DNA of 64,000 nucleotides from Rhizophagus irregularis (Eukaryota): NCBI RefSeq assembly GCF_026210795.1, contig NC_089434.1, positions 3,224,001 to 3,288,000 of the forward strand, read 5' to 3'. Shown piece by piece: positions 56,082 to 64,000 of this stretch (position 1 is its first letter; each line of letters starts with the position of its first letter). The notes under the pieces were generated by a model. It saw only the letters and a program-made list of their open reading frames with translations, ran no database searches and was not told where the DNA came from. The position numbers and the translations under genes were made by a program.

Positions 56082-57473
56082 ATGTCTTCACAAGCTTCTT
56101 CACCCGCTTCACCCGCCTTAATAACAGAAGAAATCTGACGTGATTAAAGATTTTAATACAGAGGAGATTTGAAAAAGAAAAACTTAAAGCTAGAGGAGTC
56201 CCACTTCGAAATTTTACACAAAGAAGAAATTTCTGGCCTTGCCTTTCTTGATACAACTAAAGAGGATTTTCGAAGTTATGGCTTGAAAGCTTGTCCCGCA
56301 ACAACACTAGCAAAATTTATTGAAGGTCTCAGCCAGAAGTTACAAAATTATTCCTCGCTTAAGACTCTTGACGACTTGAAAGAAATGTTACGTAGAAATA
56401 AGGTCAATGGGAAAGATATGACAAACATCAAGCAGTTTACTCCCAGTAGGTAATTAATTAATTTTCAAACTGACTAGATAGCCATATTAACTTTATTTTT
56501 CTCTGTAGTCTTCGAGGAAATTAATGATGAAGATAAGGCCCTCAATCACTGTATGGAGGATATAATCTTAAAACTTTCAAATGTGGAAACTATGACTGAC
56601 ACCAACGAGGCGACGCGCTGTGAATTTATTTCATCGATTCTTCATGCATCCATCGCTATAGCTAAAAAACTTACCTCCCAAGATATATTTATAGTTTTAC
56701 AAAAAGATATATCCGGTGAGGATGCAACAGGCAGAGTAGACTACGCAATCAAAAGTCTAGAAGACCTCCTATGTATCACCGAAAGAAAGCCTCGTAATAT
56801 TAAAATCAGATATGCACAGGTAAATACTACTCGGATTCGTGTTTTAGAGCGTGTCATATGTGACCGCACCAAGCCGAAAGAGATTCAATAATATTAACGC
56901 ATTTTATTTTTTAGAATCTGGCGCAACTTGAAAGTGCATTCCAGACCAATAAAAAGAAGCGGACTGCAGATCAAGCGTTTGGGAACGACTATTTTGATTA
57001 TATATATACTAGCAGCGTGAAAAATCTATTGTAATTTAGCTGGTTTTTCCGGTAAATTTTTGATAAATTCAGTAAAATTTTATGATCCCGGCCAGATTTC
57101 CGGTATATTTTAAAAATAAATTAAGTTTACCGAAGATATTTTTTAATTCTGGTCATATATTCCGGTTGAAAAAATAAATTTCCGGAATTGTTATGCTTTG
57201 CCGGTAAAATTCTGAAATTTTTGCAAACTTTTTTTTCACGCTGGCACAGAGTGGCATTTTATCATATATACTACTGATGTTATATACTCTACGAGTGGAA
57301 GCGAATACCAGATTAATCTTACAAAATCTGCCATCAAAGAAAATCCAGAGTTACTCTGAAGCAACGTGAAAAGGGTAATAGGTATTATTGTTGGGCTGTT
57401 AAAAGATCGTGTTAGTGTAGATAGTTCCCCAGCTAGCAAGAGGGCTAGAATCAAAAAAATTATCAAAAAATAA
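56082..57473 (+). pseudogene. Crinkler-related SAM-like header + PD-(D/E)xK nuclease gene, disrupted
   Basis: FEILHKEEISGLAFLDTTKEDFRSYGLKACPA (SAM-like); NEATRCEFIS, GRVDYAI, LCITERK, AQNLAQLESA, TEWHFI; frameshifts, a stop and a MITE insertion. Confidence 0.7.
57013..57243. mobile_element. MITE inserted in the SAM-nuclease pseudogene
   Basis: CAGCGTGAAAAA ... TTTTTCACGCTG ends, internal TTCCGG repeats; TSD ambiguous (TAGCA/TGGCA). Confidence 0.7.
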
Positions 57474-57599
57474 TATGTATACTGGGCAAAGTCCCGAACA
57501 TTTGTATTTATTTTTCGCATGTAATAATAAAAAATTTTTCTTGGCAAAAGTCCAAATTGGAACGGAGGCGCACATGATTCTTTTAGGTTATGAAAAAAC

Positions 57600-57755
57600 G
57601 TGACGATCAAGCCGATATGGTTAAAGTATAGGATTGTGACAGATGCGGAAAATGGTACTTCATAGAACGTACGCTAGACAGTGAAAGGAAACCTTGTTCA
57701 AGTTGTCAAAGCTCTTATTTGCTGTAAAAAAAAAGATGGAGATGTGGATGCTTAA
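57600..57755 (+). pseudogene. Fragment of a second Crinkler-related nuclease C-terminus
   Basis: Frameshifted reading IVTDAE.WYFIERTLDSERKP.FKLSK, paralleling the T.TEWHFI region of the upstream gene. Confidence 0.45.
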
Positions 57756-58236
57756 GAAACGTTTTATTAATTCTGAATTTTTGACCCGAATACTCACGTG
57801 ATTTTCTATCGTAAAGATTCTTCACGGTTGCACCTATGATGTAATAATGCGACAACGTACGTGTTTTAATGCTATCGATTCGGAAATTAAAAAAATAAAT
57901 GTGCCGTAGTTAGATGAGAGAACAAGCAATTGTCTGCATATACTCAGTTTTATGTGCATTAAAAAAAGGAAATTGTGATCAAAGATGTTCACTGTAAATG
58001 TGGCTGAGTGAATGCAAAAATATAAAGGTAGCGAGTCAGAAGTATTGTTTTATCTTCTATCTCTGCTAATTTTTATTTGATTGTTACAATTTTCAATAAA
58101 TGCTAATTTACAACTTTACTATAATTAATTAATGAAGTGTGCAATTTGCAATATTAAAACTATATAAAAATTAGTATGTAAACGACTAATTTGACAGACG
58201 CAGTAATGCAATGTGATAATGGTTCCTACTCTTTCA

Positions 58237-60999
58237 TTATTTCACCTTTCCAGTTTCCCATTCACTAACAACTGTCCAATCTTCATTCGTTGTAATTCCT
58301 TCTTTATTACGCTTTAGGCAACGGGCTGAGACAAAAGCTACTTTATCACAGAAGGCTATGCCAACTTCAACTATTTCCTTAACATGATCTGGAAGACTCA
58401 TCCGGTAACCCTTGTCAAAAATTTGATCTAGTGCATCTGTGGTGTCTTGTTTCATTATACGGAAGTCTACATCATCAGAACGCTTAAATTCATACGTTAT
58501 GCTAACGGTTTTATTTTGGATAATTGGAATGATTCGGACATCTGGACGGCCAACCCCAGCTTCGCGATTAGATTCAACCCGGTATTCAACGCCATGATAC
58601 ATAGCGAGTGCTCCGAGAACAAATATATGGTACCAGGTTTCATATAATTTACCTCTTTTGAGATCAGCAATATCAAAACAAGACACTACCTCCATATAAA
58701 GCGATGGAAATTTGTTACAAAATGTAGCAATATCTTTTTTAAACAATGATTCGTATATTTCGTTTGTCTTCGCATATTCCATACCGATAACCTCAAAAAT
58801 CCACAAAATCCATTGGCATGCTACCTCTCTATTTGGGATTACTAGTTTAACATTTTTCACAGTATGACCAACCAAAGATCCTGGAACCATAGTCAAGTAA
58901 CCACTATAGTATAATAAAGTACATAATGAGTTTATCTCTGGCTTCGTATCAAGGTCATTGTATCGGAGATATGGCATTAATTCCACATCTAGACTTACTA
59001 CAGACTCATCTTGACCTACAGACTCAACCACATCTTTATCCTTACAGAAGGAATGGGAATGGATTATATTCTCGAGCCGATCTTTGACTCCTGACCCGCA
59101 CTTTTTTAGCATTTCTACAAGTGTGTTTGTAGAACCGCTATTGATCCAATAATTATCAATTTCATCTTTGTCTAGACACGATATTACTGAATGTGGGTTG
59201 TAAATATGAACTTCAGTGCTCGTTCGGTATCCATTATAGTAAAGGCGTAGTTCATCAAGTTTTTCATTTTGTTTTTTTTCTTCTAGCAAATACTTAATTT
59301 CATTTTCGGTGAATCCAAATGTATCAGAGAAAATAGCACGGCCAGAACAGCTTGGTTTTTCATGCATTGGATAGACCACTACATTGTTAAATCCGGAAAG
59401 AAAGCTTGTTTGTCCTAGTGGGAGAGTCCCAACAAACAGGACCTTATCCACGTAAGTATTTTCCTGCATAGAAATTTTGTAGTTTTAACAAGCATGTATG
59501 CAATCAGTTAATTACAATACATATGCTTACCTTAGCTACACTTGAGTACATCGTTTTAAAAAAATCGTGAACATTATCATAAAATCCTCTTGCATTTTCC
59601 ATAGGCCAGTCGTATTCATCGATTAGAATAATGGAACTCTTTCCAAAGCACTTGTTAAGATAACGTGCTAAATTAGAAAGAGCATTATTCAAAAGTGCAA
59701 CTCCTGTTGTTTTGTTATTGAGTATTGACACAAATTTTTCTTTATCACTCTTTGGAAGAATGTCAATAAGGTATTGATATTTTTCGTATAGATTTGAAAT
59801 TCTTTCCTTTATTGCGTCCAGCATTAGTTCCCAGGATTCACTTCCAAGATCCTAGTAAAAGTAAGTCTTGTTAGCTATTTATGTAATAGTAGGTTACACC
59901 AGGCTTGCTTACCTTGAAGCTAATGTGAATTACGGGCCACTGTTTGTAGTACAACTTAGCAAACCATTCGAATCTAGCAACTTTTAAATTCCCAAACAAC
60001 GATGTTTTTACATCTGGTACATAATTTAATGGAGGATAATCCGTTGAAAGGAAAGTTTCAAGCATCGAAAGATTGGTTGATTTTCCGAACCGACGAGGGC
60101 GAATAATCAGATTGGACCGTTTTCCAAAGATCATGAATTCCATTATAAAAAGAGATTTATCGACGAAAGTACCCGAAGTCACAAACTTTTTAAATTCTGA
60201 TTCGCCTAGAGAATAGTCTCCATTGTTGATTATTATGGGAGGTTCATCTAAAACGCTTTGGAATGCTTTATTGTACAATATATGTTAATAAATAATAGTA
60301 ATTAATTAATTAACAAGCTTTTAAGGAAAAGCTTACCCTCTGATTTATCACTCCATGTCATACTCGACACATCCTCCCCTTCGAGAGCTGGAAAGTGAAG
60401 ATTAGCATTGTGTTCAGCACAAAAGATAGGTGCTTAAAATTGTTATAACATACCTTTGATTATTTTAGGGCGCTTTTTTGGTGGGTAATAATCTGGAATA
60501 TCCAATATTAAATAAATAACAGAAATTCGTGCGTCAGACCAAATCGATATTTTGTTACTGCAAATTTCTTGTTCGAGAGGTAAAACGTTGGGAGACACTT
60601 ACCAGTGTCGGTGATGATGGTGATGATAGAACTTCCAGATTTATTTTTATTATCCAATTCATCTTGAAAATATGTACTAAACGGTTCTTCAAGTTCCATT
60701 TCTTTTCCACGAAGTTTTTGAACAATGTCTTCTTCAGTAGAAATATTTTGCTCTTTAATATCTTTACTCTTAACACCAATAACTTTCCAAAGTTTCAAAT
60801 TGTTTTTGTCGGAATCACCAACTCCTTTAATACTACAGACATGGTCCCTGAGGTGTAAAACTTCGAGTAGGTGTAAGGAGACATTTGTATTATCAAGTAT
60901 GGCATATCTATCTTTATTCTTATCGTCTTTGCAAATGTTAACCGCATAAACTTGAGGACCATTGCTTGAAAGTATGTAAAGTTTGAATGATATATCCAT
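58237..60999 (-). CDS. Crinkler-type protein: CRN-like N-terminal header + AAA-ATPase-like NTPase + PD-(D/E)xK nuclease, 6 exons, apparently intact
   Basis: LKLWKV header; exon with PPKKRPK; FVDKS, RPRRFGKS (Walker A), LIDEYD (Walker B), YNPHSV, YWINSG, IPNREV, ESNREAGVGRPDVRI..YEFK, ALDQI; five GT-AG introns join in frame. Confidence 0.85.
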
Positions 61000-62651
61000 C
61001 TCAATAATATTTCTATAAAATGATAAAATAAGTTTAGATTTTAAGAGAAAGTTGGAGAAAGGTTTCAAGAAAAACTTGAGAAACTTGAGAAAGTTTGAGA
61101 GAAGTCTAAGGTATATATATACTTTATATACTTTTCTGAATACATCATGATTAATTATAAAATGATCTTTATAAACTTTTAATTGGTGACACGAAATATG
61201 ATATAATGATATAAATGATATAAGCATAGTAAAAAAAAAGTTTATAAAATTAACTTGTCGGCAAGCGAAACAAGGTGATTCATACGATTTTATCATTACT
61301 CAGATTGCATTCACGAGGTATTTATTAATTCTTCGGTTGTACAACAATTAGTAGCCAATAAAATTAATTTTAAATTATGTCATAACGATAAATCTAAGGC
61401 GTTTTCTCTGATGTAAGATTTTACGTATACAACTTTTTTTTCTTATTCCGACCCCAAGCCGTCATGCTATTTTCTCCGAGCATGAACCTATCGCAGTTTA
61501 AGAAGTGTTGACGAAAAAATTATTAAAGTCCGGACGAGACACTTCACAATTAAGGTATGAATGAAATATATTTTTTCGGCTGTGACTGTGCATTTGCAAG
61601 GGAGTGATTCATAGCTTGTAAAGCTAATCTCTATTTTTTTGTTAAGAAATTTCGAGGACCTTACTATGGAGGTGGGATATTTTCGTACGGAAACTTCAAC
61701 ATTTCTTCTTTTTCCTTAGAATATAGTGTTACAAGATTTTTATATAAACTCGCAATAAAAAAAATAAAATGCTCAGATATTTCCGTACATAATATTCATA
61801 AGCTTCAATATTTCTTTAGGAAAAAGACGTTATGGGAGTTGATAACGCCAAACGAAATTTTCTTCTTTTTCTTTTTTATCTTTCTTTTTTCGAATGTAGC
61901 AATGGGAATATTATAAACATGTTTGTTTAATAATAAAGTAATAAATTTGAATAATAAATTTGGAATAATCTTAATAATTTTTCTTTAATAAATTATGTAG
62001 TTACAATAAAGAAAGTTTTTATATATGAACCGTGAATAAAATTATAGAATGATAAGTCTTATGACTCAAGTACATTTTTTTTTATACATTAAATAAAATT
62101 ATTAATTATGTACATGAAAAAAAAAAAATGCCAAAACAAATAAATGAACCTTAACAGTTACGTATAATATTAACCTTTTTGATTACAAAGTTTACTAATT
62201 TACCAGTTCAAATTTTAATATTTTACTCAACTTTCTTTTCCAGTCATTTGAGTATTTTGAGTAGAGCAAATAATCAAAATTAACCATTTATGGTTTATCA
62301 GATAGTCCAGTCCGATTTCAAATGATGTTAACATGGAATTTGATCGACATAAGATCCGGTAATAACGATGTAATAATAGTTAATCTATTGGAACAAGTTC
62401 CGATCGCAATATAAAAAAAAATAATATAAAAATACCCTTTGGCAAATTTTTAAAAGAAATTTATATTTTTTTCGTTCTGAAAATTGAAAGTTTCTCTCGT
62501 TCAAATCATTTCTTCTACGAATTCCATTGGTTATTTCTTAAGATATATAAAGTGTTATACCGATAATATACATATTTAGTTCAATTGTTGCTTTGAAGAA
62601 AAAAAAAATAATATATTTTGAGAAACATCTTTAACGCAAGAAGTTTTTACA

Positions 62652-63185
62652 ATGACTCATGGATCCGATTTGGATTTTACTGAAAATATTAATGATGGAA
62701 ACAATCATTTACAACAACCAACAAATGTGATCCAAATGGAGCATACTCGAATGGAATATAATCAAATAGAACATAATCAAATGGAACATACTTCAAATGC
62801 TCCATATAATAATAACTTTAATATTTCTTGCAACCCTTCAGATACAACAACTTACAACACTGGCAATAACGAAGGGTCCTCTTTTATGGATAATCAACTT
62901 GGTACTTCAACTCAATACTATGATCCTACGTTCACTACATCGTATCACGCGCCGCAGTATAACTCTCTTCTTGATGATATTCAATTCCAAAATAACTTCT
63001 CATCAGTTAATATTCCTCAGACGGATAATTCTGAGATCTTTAGACTTAATATTCCCGGTTTCAAAATCATCGTTATACCTAATTCTGTAAATTTAGCTAA
63101 TTTGGATTTACAAAATTTGTTTCCACAAGACTCTAACCCAAATATCGTTACTATTCATTTGATTTTAATAACTTTTAGTAACTAA
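62652..63185 (+). CDS. Hypothetical N/Q-rich protein with C-terminal SEIFRLNIPGFKIIVIP motif
   Basis: 177-aa ORF, TATA-like ATATATAAAG at ~62544, paralogous relic at 17.6 kb; 3' end may be spliced differently. Confidence 0.55.
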   Translation: MTHGSDLDFTENINDGNNHLQQPTNVIQMEHTRMEYNQIEHNQMEHTSNAPYNNNFNISCNPSDTTTYNTGNNEGSSFMDNQLGTSTQYYDPTFTTSYHAPQYNSLLDDIQFQNNFSSVNIPQTDNSEIFRLNIPGFKIIVIPNSVNLANLDLQNLFPQDSNPNIVTIHLILITFSN

Positions 63186-63372
63186 ATTTCTTTTTATCTA
63201 ATTTATATTATTATTATTTCTTATCTGTATTTTTTAAATATTTTATCATGTATTCATTATATAAATAAAGTTATATTTATTATCTAATTCTTAGCTATTA
63301 ATATTTGCCAAGGGCTTAGGCCAAAATCTAATTATAATAAATAATGTTGGGATGCGGATTCTTTAAAACGAT

Positions 63373-63561
63373 CTAAGGCAAAAGAATTATATGTTTTATT
63401 TGCGAATTTATATGATCGATTCCCGGCAATTCTTGAAATTTCTTTAAAATCCGCTTCAGGGTTTTTGTCTTTAATTTATCCTGTAAATCTTTTCGAAATA
63501 AAATAAACGCATTTTGAGGTCGAGTTATTCTACCTTTTTTGCCTACCAGACCTAGAATCAT
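63373..63561 (-). pseudogene. HMG-box (MATA-HMG-like) relic
   Basis: ITRPQNAFILFRKD, then after a frameshift NPEADFKEISRIAG, then a stop. Confidence 0.7.
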
Positions 63562-64000
63562 TACAGATGATATAATAATTTTTGTACTGTTATATACATT
63601 TTACGTAAATAATTTTTGTTCTTTAATGTTCTAAACTTTAGAAAATATTGAAAAAGTCCATAAATTATTGTATGAAACTGATAATATAATTAAGAAACGT
63701 AATTCATAATGTCCTTTTACTTTTAACAAGAGAATCTGGTACTTAAATATCATTAATCAAATATTTTTAAAGACAGAACAAATTTAATGTGAAATTTTTA
63801 GTTTGGAACTTTAACTCATAAAATTTATCGTAATTTTAAACAAACCTGCATGTTGGAGAATAGGGTATATTGAAAAAATTAATTTTTATCTATCCCTTAA
63901 ACTGTTTTGCAGCCAAATTTGCCTGCAATTTTGTTTTTTAATTAAAGACACTTTTAAATACCTTAAAATATTTTATTACATAAACCAATATTTTTGTAAT

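Overview
AT-rich, intron-rich eukaryotic DNA, most consistent with a glomeromycotan (Rhizophagus-like) fungus; this is inferred from gene content, not from a search. Bases 1-15.3 kb are a compact housekeeping block: SAM-protein 5' end, SulP/SLC26 transporter, divergent histone H3/H4 pair, GMF/AIM7, cornichon ERV14 with a U12-type intron, MOCS2B, a TKL kinase and DDX41. Bases ~16-56 kb are a nested transposon island that can largely be resolved from TIRs and TSDs: a Zator, a long-spacer Tc1/IS630-like element, a pogo relic, three related MULE-SWIM elements stacked at one TIR, a 5'-truncated RT-RNase H LINE with an apparent 3' transduction, many MITEs, two foldback palindromes, a 30-bp minisatellite and two converging arrays of spliceable non-coding micro-exons. 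Bases 56-64 kb hold Crinkler-related nuclease genes (one apparently intact), an orphan-family ORF with a decayed paralogue at 17.6 kb, and an HMG-box relic. All coordinates were read by eye; gene spans include introns.
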